A DNA stretch of 64,000 nucleotides from a virus: the IMG/VR virus record IMGVR_UViG_3300018022_000004. One strand, 5' to 3'. The notes beneath the pieces were generated by a model, which worked only from the letters and a program-made list of their open reading frames with translations, made no database searches and was not told the DNA's origin. Both the position numbers and the translations under genes were made by a program. Below, piece after piece: positions 19,202 through 28,245 of this stretch. Each line of letters starts with the position of its first letter. Position 1 is the first letter of the stretch.

Positions 19202-19290
19202 GCCAGTGTGGGCGAGAGGCTAATGCCAGCAGACTGTAAATCTGCCGCCCCTTGCGGGCTTCGCAGGTTCAAATCCTGCCGCTGGCACCA
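19202..19290 (+). tRNA. tRNA-Tyr(GTA)
   Basis: Loop CTGTAAA; long V arm; CCA. Confidence 0.95.
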
Positions 19291-19329
19291 AGTTTCAGGG
19301 CACGGGAGATGCGTGCCCGGATAGGATTA

Positions 19330-19417
19330 GCCGGGCTGGCGGAACGGGAGACGCAGGGCACTTAAAACGCCTGGGCCTTCAAAAGCCATGGGGGTTCGAT
19401 TCCCTCGCCCGGTACCA
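19330..19417 (+). tRNA. tRNA-Leu(TAA)
   Basis: Loop CTTAAAA; long V arm; CCA. Confidence 0.92.
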
Positions 19418-19423
19418 AGGTCT

Positions 19424-19510
19424 GCGGTCGTGTCGGAATAGGCAGACGAGCAAGGTTGAGAGCCTTGTGCCTGCAAGGGCGTGGGGGTTCGATTCCCCCC
19501 GACCGCACCA
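19424..19510 (+). tRNA. tRNA-Leu(GAG)
   Basis: Loop TTGAGAG; CCA. Confidence 0.93.
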
Positions 19511-19515
19511 AGACT

Positions 19516-19602
19516 GCGAGGGTGTCGTAACTGGCAGCCGAGCGGGTCTGAGAGGCCCGTGGGGGAGACCCCGTGAGGGTTCGAGTCCCTCCCTTCGCAC
19601 CA
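19516..19602 (+). tRNA. tRNA-Leu(GAG), second
   Basis: Loop CTGAGAG; CCA. Confidence 0.92.
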
Positions 19603-19609
19603 GGTCTAT

Positions 19610-19698
19610 GCCGGGATGGCGGAACAGGCAGACGCACTGGGCTTAGAACCCAGCACCCCGCAAGGGGCATGGGGGTCCGAGTCCCCCTCCCGGTACCA
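19610..19698 (+). tRNA. tRNA-Leu(TAG)
   Basis: Loop CTTAGAA; T loop TCCGAGT; CCA. Confidence 0.93.
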
Positions 19699-19708
19699 AG
19701 TTCGTCCT

Positions 19709-19795
19709 GCGGATGTGTCGGAACTGGCAGACGAGCAGCGCTCAGAACGCTGTGTGGGCAACCATGTGGAGGTTCGAGTCCTCTCATCCGCACCA
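19709..19795 (+). tRNA. tRNA-Leu(CAG)
   Basis: Loop CTCAGAA; CCA. Confidence 0.94.
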
Positions 19796-19801
19796 GGCTT
19801 T

Positions 19802-19888
19802 GCGGTCGTGCTGGAAATGGCAGACGGGCGGGCCTCAGAAGCCCGTGTGGGAGACCACGTGGAGGTTCGATGCCTCTCGGCCGCACCA
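19802..19888 (+). tRNA. tRNA-Leu(CAG), second
   Basis: Loop CTCAGAA; CCA. Confidence 0.93.
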
Positions 19889-19894
19889 AGACTT

Positions 19895-19981
19895 GCCGCA
19901 GTGGCGGAACAGGCAGACGCACACGGCCCAAACCCGTATGCCGTCAAAGGCGTGGGGGTTCGACTCCCCCCTGCGGCACCA
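19895..19981 (+). tRNA. tRNA-Leu(CAA) with C33
   Basis: Loop CCCAAAC; Leu-type D and V arms; CCA. Confidence 0.85.
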
Positions 19982-20032
19982 GGCTCGCAACCGACTGTCC
20001 GATTTTCGGACATGCCGGTCGCACAGGTTCAA

Positions 20033-20126
20033 GGAGAGGTGGCCGAGCGGCCTAAGGCGCTGGTTTGCTAAACCAGAGTACGGGCTAAACCCCGTACCGT
20101 GGGTCCGAATCCCACCCTCTCCGCCA
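20033..20126 (+). tRNA. tRNA-Ser(GCT)
   Basis: Loop TTGCTAA; G73; CCA. Confidence 0.95.
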
Positions 20127-20132
20127 TTTCAG

Positions 20133-20220
20133 GGAAGGACCCGCTGCGTGGGCGGCAACTGGCTTTGAACCCCAGGGCACGGGTGACACCGTGGGCGTTC
20201 GACTCGTCGTCCTTCCGCCA
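20133..20220 (+). tRNA. tRNA-Ser(TGA), 8/4 fold
   Basis: GGAAGGAC/GTCCTTCC acceptor; 4-bp T stem; loop TTTGAAC; G73 CCA. Confidence 0.82.
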
Positions 20221-20267
20221 ACCTTTACAGGCAGGGGCATATTTACACCTGCTGTAAAGAATGCTTT

Positions 20268-20358
20268 GGAGAGGTGCCCGAGCGGCCTAAGGGGCACGCC
20301 TGGAAAGCGTGTAGTCCTCAAAAAGGACTCGTGGGTCCGAATCCCACCCTCTCCGCCA
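20268..20358 (+). tRNA. tRNA-Ser(GGA)
   Basis: Loop CTGGAAA; G73 CCA. Confidence 0.95.
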
Positions 20359-20365
20359 TTCCCCC

Positions 20366-20451
20366 GGAGGGTACTGCCGAACGGCCGGCAACTGGCCTCG
20401 AAAGCCAGGGCAGGGCAAAACCTGGGGGTTCGATTCCTCTGCCCTCCGCCA
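20366..20451 (+). tRNA. tRNA-Ser(CGA), 8/4 fold
   Basis: GGAGGGTA/TGCCCTCC acceptor; 4-bp T stem; loop CTCGAAA. Confidence 0.85.
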
Positions 20452-20463
20452 AGCTAACCTAAC

Positions 20464-20496
20464 GGGCCCTCCTGCGGGAGGGCCTTTCTATTTTTA
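20464..20496 (+). terminator. terminator closing tRNA operon 1
   Basis: GGCCCTCC-TGCG-GGAGGGCC then TTTCTATTTTT. Confidence 0.85.
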
Positions 20497-20518
20497 AGAG
20501 TATACCATCCCCTTAAGC

Positions 20519-20770
20519 ATGAGGATAGCTCTTGGCATAGCGGCCTCGTGCATCAACCTGCTTGCCATGTTTATCCTGGGCCGGAGGGGCAAGAGGAGAC
20601 GCCTGGAGGGATGGTGTATCTATATCCTTAGCCAGGCCTGCTGGATAGCGTACGCCCTGGTCGGGCACCTCTACGAGATACTGCTGCTGAACCTGGGGGC
20701 GACCGCTATAGCCGTGGACAACCTGTGGTCCCTGAGGCACAGGATGAACGGGCATGACAACGGCCGGTGA
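20519..20770 (+). CDS. small membrane protein, PnuC-like fragment
   Basis: Three hydrophobic segments; GW...W..Y pattern. Confidence 0.5.
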   Translation: MRIALGIAASCINLLAMFILGRRGKRRRLEGWCIYILSQACWIAYALVGHLYEILLLNLGATAIAVDNLWSLRHRMNGHDNGR

Positions 20771-20979
20771 GGTATTATAGGGATATGGTACCCACACAGG
20801 AAGACGTGAACTCCTACCTGGAAACCCTGGCCCACCTGGGCAGGGACGTGCTCTCCGAGGATTCCGAGGTCCTGGCCATGGAGTTCCTGCTGGGCACCAC
20901 GGACGGGGGGTACCTCCCCTGGACGTTCGTCCCCTACATAGACGAGTGGAAGTCCCACGCCCAGGCCCCCTGCTGCTAG
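20767..20979 (+). CDS. small hypothetical protein
   Basis: 70-aa ORF. Confidence 0.45.
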   Translation: MRYYRDMVPTQEDVNSYLETLAHLGRDVLSEDSEVLAMEFLLGTTDGGYLPWTFVPYIDEWKSHAQAPCC

Positions 20980-21026
20980 CCCGCCCGCCACTATAACGCA
21001 TATACATACCCTAATCAGGAGAGCAT

Positions 21027-21503
21027 ATGGCTACCGAGGTCAAGGCACCGGGGGAGTACAACAAGCTCCTGGCCCCCAAGATATTCCTGGGCGGGGCGAT
21101 AGACCAGGGGGAGGCCGAGGACTGGCAGTCGAAGGTCGTCAGGGGCCTAGAGGGCATAGACTGCCTCGTCCTCAACCCCCGCAGGGCGGACTGGGACCCC
21201 GACTGGGAGCAGTCCATCGACAGCCCGGAGTTCAGGGAGCAGGTCGAGTGGGAGCTTAAGGCGCAGGAGGAGGCGGACCTCAACGTCTACGTCCTCCTGG
21301 AGGACAGCAAGGGCCCCGTGACCATGCTGGAGATAGGGCTGTTCGCCGGGAAGGAGAGCGTCCTCTGCATCGAGGAGGGCTTCTACCGCAGGGGCAACCT
21401 CGAAATCGTGGCCCAGCGCTACAACATCCCCATCTACAGGAAGCTGGACGACATGCTGGCCGACCTCCGCACGGCGCTGGGGAAGCGGGCCAGGGAGGGC
21501 TAG
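21027..21503 (+). CDS. nucleoside 2-deoxyribosyltransferase-like domain protein
   Basis: IFLGGAI...DWQ...LNPRR.DWD...QVEWEL...TMLEIGL. Confidence 0.85.
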   Translation: MATEVKAPGEYNKLLAPKIFLGGAIDQGEAEDWQSKVVRGLEGIDCLVLNPRRADWDPDWEQSIDSPEFREQVEWELKAQEEADLNVYVLLEDSKGPVTMLEIGLFAGKESVLCIEEGFYRRGNLEIVAQRYNIPIYRKLDDMLADLRTALGKRAREG

Positions 21504-22547
21504 GTGCTCTTCCGCCTCACCTCGGGGTTCCTCGTCACGGCCAGGCTGCCCAGGCGGCCCGGCCTGGTCGGCCCCCTCTACCACGGCACCACATACACCT
21601 TCGACGAGTTCAAGCTGCCGGAGGACACCGGGATGGGGCATACGGGGCTGGGGATACACTTCGGCACCGCCCAGCAGGCGGGTGCGAGGGCCATGGGGTA
21701 CTTCGGCAGGGAGGAGGAGGGGGCCAGCATCCACCCTGTCTACCTAAGCGTAGGGAAGCCCCTCCGCATGCGGGACCTCTACAACTGGGGCCCTGTCGCC
21801 GTCTCCAACGAGCTTTACCTCGAACACATAATCAGCCACGACCAGCACAGGCATATCCTGGCCCTCGGATACGGGCCAGAGGGGTATGCCAGGGCCTACT
21901 CCCTCCTCCGCCAGTGGCTCGACGAGGCAGGGTACGACGCCATAGTCTACCGCAACAGGACAGAGGGGCCGGGGGACAGCTATATCGTATGGCATACGAA
22001 GCAGATAGTCCCTGCCCTCTCGAAGGCCGCCGCCCTGCGCAAGCGCCCGGGCCTCATCGGCCCCGTGTACCACGGCACCAGGAGCATGTTCGACAGGTTC
22101 TCCCTGCCCGAGGAACTCAGTGACGAAGGGGACCTGGGGATACACTTCGGAAACCCGAGGCAGGCCGGGCACAGGGCGCTGTACGACTGGGACCCGTCGA
22201 AGGGGGATGTCCTGACCGCCGAGCCAGGAGCGAACATTCGCCCTGTCTACCTGGACGTCAAAAAGCCCCTGCGCATGTACGACGCCGTCGTCTGGACCCC
22301 CAGGAGGGTGGCGCTCGGCCTCTTCGAGCGGAGGCTGATGACCCGTGACGAGATGCAGAAGTTTACCAGGTCGAGGGCGGTCCCCACGAAGGAGTGGTAC
22401 CACAGCAGCCACAGGCTCCTCCGCAAGTGGATAGAGGACAGGGGTTACGACTCCGTCGTCTACCGCAACGAGTACGAGGGGGGAGGCGACAGCTATATCG
22501 TCTGGCACCCGGAGCAGATAGTCCCTGCCCTGGAGGCACGGCAATGA
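21504..22547 (+). CDS. tandem ADP-ribosyltransferase-like (ART-PolyVal type) domains
   Basis: Two copies of YHGT...GIHFG...PVYL..KPL...GYD.IVYRN..EG.GDSYIVWH..QI. Confidence 0.7.
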   Translation: MLFRLTSGFLVTARLPRRPGLVGPLYHGTTYTFDEFKLPEDTGMGHTGLGIHFGTAQQAGARAMGYFGREEEGASIHPVYLSVGKPLRMRDLYNWGPVAVSNELYLEHIISHDQHRHILALGYGPEGYARAYSLLRQWLDEAGYDAIVYRNRTEGPGDSYIVWHTKQIVPALSKAAALRKRPGLIGPVYHGTRSMFDRFSLPEELSDEGDLGIHFGNPRQAGHRALYDWDPSKGDVLTAEPGANIRPVYLDVKKPLRMYDAVVWTPRRVALGLFERRLMTRDEMQKFTRSRAVPTKEWYHSSHRLLRKWIEDRGYDSVVYRNEYEGGGDSYIVWHPEQIVPALEARQ

Positions 22548-22954
22548 GCCTCTACATGCTGTCCTGGGAGGAGCTGGGGGAGGAGTACCTCTACCACGGC
22601 ACCACCCGCAGGGCGCTGGAGGCCGCCCTTGCCTCGGGGGGCACCCTGAAGGGCCCTAGCTGGTGGGGGACGGAGAGGGTGGCGGACTACTATGCGGAGG
22701 TGGCGGCAGAGGAGGAGGGGCCGGAGGGGGAGGAGGCCATCGTCAGGGTCCCCCTGTCTAGGTTCAACCGAAGGCTCCTGAAGCCGGACCATAACTCCAT
22801 AGCCGAACCCCTGACCTACACGCTGGGTGCCGACGAGAAGGACCTGTGGAGGCAGTGGCAGAAGGCCAGGGGGACCTGGCGGGACTGCCTGGGGATATAC
22901 GAGTCGGTAAGGTACGAGGCCCCCCTGCGGATAGCCGAGGAAGACGCCCTGTAA
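22544..22954 (+). CDS. small ART-fold-like protein
   Basis: LYHGT N-terminal motif; ATGA overlap. Confidence 0.45.
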   Translation: MSLYMLSWEELGEEYLYHGTTRRALEAALASGGTLKGPSWWGTERVADYYAEVAAEEEGPEGEEAIVRVPLSRFNRRLLKPDHNSIAEPLTYTLGADEKDLWRQWQKARGTWRDCLGIYESVRYEAPLRIAEEDAL

Positions 22955-22987
22955 AGAGGAATCTTCCGACTTCCAGTATTATTAGCG
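22955..22987 (+). promoter_or_regulatory. putative promoter
   Basis: TTCCGACTTCCAGTATTATTAG resembles the tRNA-operon promoter motif. Confidence 0.45.
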
Positions 22988-23081
22988 GGGAAGAGCGTAT
23001 TCCCCAGCGTGGCCCCCAGCCAGGCCATCCAACCGGCTTTAAGCTAAGGCAAGCCCTTAGCCGGTGGGCTTGGAGGTAACA

Positions 23082-24065
23082 ATGGTGTATTCCCACCAGT
23101 TCGTCGCAGCAGTCAAGGTAAACGGCAGCATCCTGAGGGAGGCAGCGGGCAAGGTGGCCGTACCGTTCGGCTCCGAGTACGCAGTCTACCTGAAGAACCT
23201 GGCCTCCGTGCGGGCCATGGCAAGGGTCGAGATAGACGGCACGGACGCAACCGAGGGGACGTGGCTCGTGCTCGCCCCCAACAGCAGCATAGACCTGGAG
23301 AGGTTCATCCGCAACGGGAACCTCCAGGGCGGCAACCGCTTCAAGTTCATCAAGAGGACCCCGAAGATTGAGGAGGCGAGGGGGATAAAGGGGGAGGACG
23401 GGCTTGTGCGCATCGAGTACAAGTTCGAGAAGCTCCCTGACCCCGAGGTCCACACCCACCACTACCACCACCACCACGACTACCCCTACTACTACCCCTA
23501 CTACTACTACCCTTACTGGCCCTGGTGGAGCTACCCGAACTACCCCTACACGACCTGGACCGCCAACAGCAGCAGCCTGAGCAACAACGTCAGCTTCAGC
23601 GCCAACAACAGCGGCCTGAACGGTGCCTCGGGCGGCAGCGGTCATGGGCACGGCGTGCTGCGGAGCAAGGGCCTCTCCGGCTCGGCGATGATGGCCTCGT
23701 TCACGAAGTCCGCCGACTCCACCCCCACCGTCAACGTCAACACCACGGAGAGCCTCCAGGCCAAGGGGCTGGAGCCGTCCGTACACTGCTTCGCCATGCA
23801 GGAGGTACGGGAGGCGTCGGCGGAGGAGCCGGGCATCACCGTGCCGGGAAGCCAGAGCAACCAGTCGTTCTACTCGGCCGGCTGGTTCCAGACCGAGGAG
23901 CAGACGCACGTCCTCGTGCTCAGGCTGGTCGGGGCCGTAGGCGGGAAGGCGGTCACCAGGGCCGTCACCGTCAAGACCAAGGCGAAGTGCCAGACGTGCG
24001 GCACCAGCAACAAGTCCGGGGTGAAGTTCTGCAAGGAGTGCGGCACCTCCCTGGAGATAATCTAG
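23082..24065 (+). CDS. phage protein with His/Tyr/Pro tract and C-terminal zinc ribbon
   Basis: GGAGG SD; VPFGSEY.VYLKN...VEIDG; C-terminal CxxC...CxxC. Confidence 0.8.
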   Translation: MVYSHQFVAAVKVNGSILREAAGKVAVPFGSEYAVYLKNLASVRAMARVEIDGTDATEGTWLVLAPNSSIDLERFIRNGNLQGGNRFKFIKRTPKIEEARGIKGEDGLVRIEYKFEKLPDPEVHTHHYHHHHDYPYYYPYYYYPYWPWWSYPNYPYTTWTANSSSLSNNVSFSANNSGLNGASGGSGHGHGVLRSKGLSGSAMMASFTKSADSTPTVNVNTTESLQAKGLEPSVHCFAMQEVREASAEEPGITVPGSQSNQSFYSAGWFQTEEQTHVLVLRLVGAVGGKAVTRAVTVKTKAKCQTCGTSNKSGVKFCKECGTSLEII

Positions 24066-24185
24066 GCAAGACAGGCTTGGCGGGCCTGCGCTAGCGGCAG
24101 ATGGTAAGCTGCCAGGCTAGAGTACCGGTAACGCTCGACTCTGCTGGAAACAGGCCCGCCAGGACCACCTTCCGAGGAGGAAGCC

Positions 24186-24518
24186 ATGACAATGTTCCTA
24201 TGGCCCCCGCCAGGGGTACCGTACCCGTGGCCGGAGCCGCCATACCCGTACCCGCCTTGCCCCAGGCCTCCCAGGCCAATCCCTATAGTCCCGAAGCCCA
24301 TCCTTCCGCCCCGCAGGCCCCGTCCCCCCAGGCCCGTGCGCCCGTGCCCATGGTGCCCGCCCAGGCACCCCCGGCACCCCTGGCCGGACGACGACCCCTA
24401 CGGGCAGTGTACCCTCGGCAAGCCGCTCTGGATGGTCATCCCGCCCGAGGGGGCGCACATATCCTGCCCCGTCCACCCCGAGGGCCACCATGTCTTCGGC
24501 CCCAGCGCAAGATGGTAG
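24186..24518 (+). CDS. Pro-rich small protein
   Basis: GAGGA SD; 110 aa. Confidence 0.5.
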   Translation: MTMFLWPPPGVPYPWPEPPYPYPPCPRPPRPIPIVPKPILPPRRPRPPRPVRPCPWCPPRHPRHPWPDDDPYGQCTLGKPLWMVIPPEGAHISCPVHPEGHHVFGPSARW

Positions 24519-24529
24519 TATTAGGATGC

Positions 24530-25006
24530 ATGAGAGACGCCTGGACGTACGACAGCGTGCCCTGGGACGCATGCCCCGAGGGCAAGGAGCGCTACTGCGT
24601 CGGCTTCATGTTCAGCCCCTACATGGAGGTAGTGGCCCTCATCCGCAAGAAGCGCCCCGAGTGGCAGGCAGGCCTGCTCAACGGCGTGGGCGGCAGGCTC
24701 CGGGAGGGGGAGACCCCCCTGGAGGGCATGCGGCGTGAGTTCAGGGAGGAGGCGGGGGTGGCATGGGACGAGTGGATGCCCCTGGCCCGCCTGGACTTCC
24801 CCGAGGCCACGGTATGGTTCTTCTGGGCCAGGGGGGGCTGCGTGTGGGAGTGCCGCACCCAGACGGACGAGGCGGTATCCATACACAGGACCAGGGACGT
24901 GCAGGACCTCGACCTGGTGCCCAACGCCCGCTGGCTCATACCCATGGCCACATCCTTCACCAGGGGGGAGGGGGCGAGGTGCTTCACGGTGCAGGAGGTT
25001 TACTGA
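24530..25006 (+). CDS. NUDIX hydrolase
   Basis: GGRLREGETPLEGMRREFREEAGV Nudix box. Confidence 0.9.
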   Translation: MRDAWTYDSVPWDACPEGKERYCVGFMFSPYMEVVALIRKKRPEWQAGLLNGVGGRLREGETPLEGMRREFREEAGVAWDEWMPLARLDFPEATVWFFWARGGCVWECRTQTDEAVSIHRTRDVQDLDLVPNARWLIPMATSFTRGEGARCFTVQEVY

Positions 25007-25785
25007 TGGAGCAGCAGGGGCTAGACCCGGCCAGCAAGACATGGCCGGGCAGGTACGGCAGGCCGGTGTGCATCCCGGCAGAGATAGTATTCCACAGGCT
25101 CAAGCGCCTCGACATGTCAACACAGGAGGCAGACCCCCTCTACGGGCGGGCAGCCAGGGAGCTTGCCATGGTCCCCGGCCTCAGGAACAGCCTGGAGCTG
25201 TACCGTGACTACAGCTACGTCCTGGGGAAGATGGTGCTGAGGCTTACAGGGTGGGTGCTGAGGGACGAGCACCAGCACGAGGTAGTGACCAAGACCATGG
25301 CCATAAGGGTCCCCGCCTCCTGGTGGCAGATGCTCAAGCGGGACTGCCTCCCCGCCTGGCTCGTAAGGAGGTTCCCCGTAAGGACCAGGGGCATCACGGA
25401 TACCTTTGCCTTCGAGCAGGAGGTAAGGGTCTGCCCGCACGCCGACGTGGCCTTCAGCGACCCGGCGCACATAGAGTTTATGACCTTCAGGCCGGGGCCG
25501 TGCGGCTCACCGGAGGACGGGGTGCTGTACGCCATCGAGGGGGAGTCGGACTCCTACCAGAGGCATATGCTACGGAACTTCTGCGGAGCGATAGACCGCA
25601 GGCGGCCGGACTATATCGAGGCACGGGTGCCCTTCGGCCAGACGGCTGGATTCCTAGACTGGCTGTCCTACCAGAAGGGCCTTGTATTCAGGAGGATAGA
25701 TGAGCGAGACAATGACGCTGGACACGGTGAGGGACACGCTGCTGGGGTGGCTCAAGGAGATAGCGACCCGCCACGGCAGCCTTGA
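25006..25785 (+). CDS. hypothetical protein
   Basis: TGATG coupling. Confidence 0.55.
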   Translation: MEQQGLDPASKTWPGRYGRPVCIPAEIVFHRLKRLDMSTQEADPLYGRAARELAMVPGLRNSLELYRDYSYVLGKMVLRLTGWVLRDEHQHEVVTKTMAIRVPASWWQMLKRDCLPAWLVRRFPVRTRGITDTFAFEQEVRVCPHADVAFSDPAHIEFMTFRPGPCGSPEDGVLYAIEGESDSYQRHMLRNFCGAIDRRRPDYIEARVPFGQTAGFLDWLSYQKGLVFRRIDERDNDAGHGEGHAAGVAQGDSDPPRQP

Positions 25786-26245
25786 GGAGCATGTCAGGGA
25801 GGACGGCAGGCCGGGGACGGGGCACCTGCGCTACATCTTCTGCACCGGCGACAACACCTACTACATCCATGCCACCCCGACCTACCTGGGGTGCGGGGCG
25901 AACAGCAGGAGGACGAGGGCCGGCGAGGACTGGCACCGGGGCAGCGACCTGCCGGACGGCCCGTTCAGCCGTAAGACATGGGAGGCCATCAAGGACGCCG
26001 TCATCGCCTACGAGCTGGTGAGGCTGGAGCCTGCCTACAAGCCGGGGAGAGAGCCATGCGGAGTGCCGTCCGGGAGGCTCCTGGCCACATGCCCGACCTG
26101 CGGCCTGGGCATCGACGACGACGGGGACGGCAACTGCGCCGTGTGCGGCCCGCAGCCCACAGCCACCGTGGCGACGCCAGCCCGGCCCGAGGGGCCGTTC
26201 GACGAGGGAGTGGCCGCCGAGGAAGTGGCCGGAGCGCCTGTCTAA
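25700..26245 (+). CDS. hypothetical protein with C-terminal CxxC
   Basis: 181-aa ORF. Confidence 0.6.
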   Translation: MSETMTLDTVRDTLLGWLKEIATRHGSLEEHVREDGRPGTGHLRYIFCTGDNTYYIHATPTYLGCGANSRRTRAGEDWHRGSDLPDGPFSRKTWEAIKDAVIAYELVRLEPAYKPGREPCGVPSGRLLATCPTCGLGIDDDGDGNCAVCGPQPTATVATPARPEGPFDEGVAAEEVAGAPV

Positions 26246-26253
26246 GGAGGACC

Positions 26254-26895
26254 ATGATTCTCCGCAAGGCAGAGGCCCATATCGAGAACGACTACGACGG
26301 CGGCCTCATCCTGCGCCAGATAGAGAGGTACGCCCGCAACTGCTACAAGTCCGAGGGAAAGACGGGGGACATGGAGGCCACCAAGGCCTTCGTGCGCAGG
26401 CTCCTGCATACCCTCAAGCACGAGGGCATCGCCGACCACCACACCATCACAGCCAGGATGGTATGCGACCGGGGCGTGAGCCACGAGATAGTCCGGCACC
26501 GCATCGCCGCCTACCTCCAGGAGTCCACCCGCTACTGCGACTACACCAGGGCAGGCAGCATAGAGGTCATCGACATCCGGGAGCACATGACGCCGGAGCA
26601 GTTCGACGAGTGGCTCCTGGCCATGGCGGACGCCGAGCGGCACTACAACACCCTGCGTGCCAGGGGGGCCAGGCCGGAGATTGCCCGCTCCGTCCTCCCC
26701 AACAGCCTGAAGACCGAGATTATCATGAGCTTGAACCTGACGAGCTGGAGGAACTTCTTCAGGAAGAGGGCGTGCAACCCCGGGGCGCACCCCCAGATGA
26801 AGGAGGTGGCGGTGCCGCTGCTGCTGGAGTTCCAGAGGGCCATACCGGTAATCTTCGACGACCTGGAGCCGGTGGCCCTGCCGGGGAAGGAGTAG
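26254..26895 (+). CDS. thyX: flavin-dependent thymidylate synthase
   Basis: RGVSHEIVRHRIAAYLQESTRY; ARSVLPNSLKTEI; AHPQM. Confidence 0.92.
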   Translation: MILRKAEAHIENDYDGGLILRQIERYARNCYKSEGKTGDMEATKAFVRRLLHTLKHEGIADHHTITARMVCDRGVSHEIVRHRIAAYLQESTRYCDYTRAGSIEVIDIREHMTPEQFDEWLLAMADAERHYNTLRARGARPEIARSVLPNSLKTEIIMSLNLTSWRNFFRKRACNPGAHPQMKEVAVPLLLEFQRAIPVIFDDLEPVALPGKE

Positions 26896-26896
26896 G

Positions 26897-27358
26897 ATGT
26901 TCAGCGAGAAGTGGGACAGGAGGTTCCTGGAGCTGGCGGCCTTCGTGGCGCAGTGGTCCAAGGACCCCAGCACCAAGACGGGGGCGGCAATAGTACGCCC
27001 GGACAAGACCGTCGCCAGCATAGGGTACAACGGCTTTGCCAAGGGGGCGAGCGACGACCCGGCAATATACGCCGACCGCAAGGTGAAGTACGACCTCATC
27101 ATCCACTGCGAGATGAACGCCCTCATCCACTCCAGGGAGCCGGTGGAGGGCTACGCCCTCTATACCTGGCCCTTCGCCTGCTGCATCCGGTGCGCCGTGG
27201 CGATGCTCCAGGCAGGGATAAGGGACTTCGTGGCCCCCAACCCTACGGAGGACGCCCTGACCAGGTGGGGGGACTCGTTCACGATGACCAGGAAGCATAT
27301 CCTGGACTGCGGCGGGAAGGTGACGGAGATAGGGAAGCCGGAGGACTACCAGAAATGA
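26897..27358 (+). CDS. dCMP deaminase (cytidine/deoxycytidylate deaminase family)
   Basis: SKDPSTKTGA, GYNG, HCEMNA, ACCIRC. Confidence 0.9.
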   Translation: MFSEKWDRRFLELAAFVAQWSKDPSTKTGAAIVRPDKTVASIGYNGFAKGASDDPAIYADRKVKYDLIIHCEMNALIHSREPVEGYALYTWPFACCIRCAVAMLQAGIRDFVAPNPTEDALTRWGDSFTMTRKHILDCGGKVTEIGKPEDYQK

Positions 27359-27558
27359 CCAAGGCCAGGGTACAGCTAAGCGAGGCGACCATCCAGAGGC
27401 TACTCCGGGGGCATACCGTCCATATAAGGATTGCAGGCGTGGCGGAGGTGGAGGTTTCCAAGGAGCGGCTACGGACCTCCTGGCAGGACATCTTCAATAT
27501 CTTCGGGGAGAGGAAGGGATTCCTGTCCCTATTCAAGAGGCTGTGCTCCCTAGAATAG
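27355..27558 (+). CDS. small hypothetical protein
   Basis: ATGA overlap. Confidence 0.5.
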   Translation: MTKARVQLSEATIQRLLRGHTVHIRIAGVAEVEVSKERLRTSWQDIFNIFGERKGFLSLFKRLCSLE

Positions 27559-27588
27559 GCAATTCTCCCCCCCTTATTAGAGGGGCCA

Positions 27589-28245
27589 ATGGAGTACTTC
27601 CGGGCAAACGAGCAGGAACTCCGCTCCCTGATGGGGGGGCTGGAGATAATCGAGAGGCTCAGCGCCGAGAAGGCGGGGGAGCTTGGCATATTCCTGTACG
27701 GCCTGACCTCCTCCCCAGGGATGCTTGCCGCCGCCAAGGAGGCCATCATAGACCTGGCGGAGGACTACTGGGACGAGGAGGGAAACCCTACCCTTACCGA
27801 GGAGGACGTGTCCCTCTCCGAGATAGCAATGGCCATACCCCTGTCCTCAGACGCCCTCTATGCCCTGCTGGGCTCGGGCATCCACATTGAGGGCCTGGGG
27901 TTCGCCTATGCCTCGGGGGAGGGGGAGGGGATACGGGAGGCCAGCTTCCCCAACACCCGCTGGATGAGGGGCAGGGCCTCGCTGAAGGACCTCTCCAGCC
28001 CGGCCCTGGCCAAGGACGACCTGAGCCTCAGGGACTATATGGCCAGGACGGGCAAGGGGCAGCCGGTGTCCATAAGCAAGAGCGTCAGGAGGACCTCCCC
28101 TGCCCAGCCGCCGGCCCCCAGGCCCCCTGCGTCAGGGGAGCTTCCCCCCCCTACGCCGGGGGACGAGGAGTTCTACCGCCAGATGGGCATAAAGAGCAGC
28201 CTGGAGGAAGTGCTGGATGGGTTCCTCGACAGAAGCAGCAGGTAG
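27589..28245 (+). CDS. hypothetical protein
   Basis: 218 aa; TATTAG motif and SD upstream. Confidence 0.65.
   Translation: MEYFRANEQELRSLMGGLEIIERLSAEKAGELGIFLYGLTSSPGMLAAAKEAIIDLAEDYWDEEGNPTLTEEDVSLSEIAMAIPLSSDALYALLGSGIHIEGLGFAYASGEGEGIREASFPNTRWMRGRASLKDLSSPALAKDDLSLRDYMARTGKGQPVSISKSVRRTSPAQPPAPRPPASGELPPPTPGDEEFYRQMGIKSSLEEVLDGFLDRSSR

Noticed and set aside
20133-20220. tRNA-Sec (selC)
   Set aside because: The anticodon is TGA (Ser), not TCA; the fold is 8/4.
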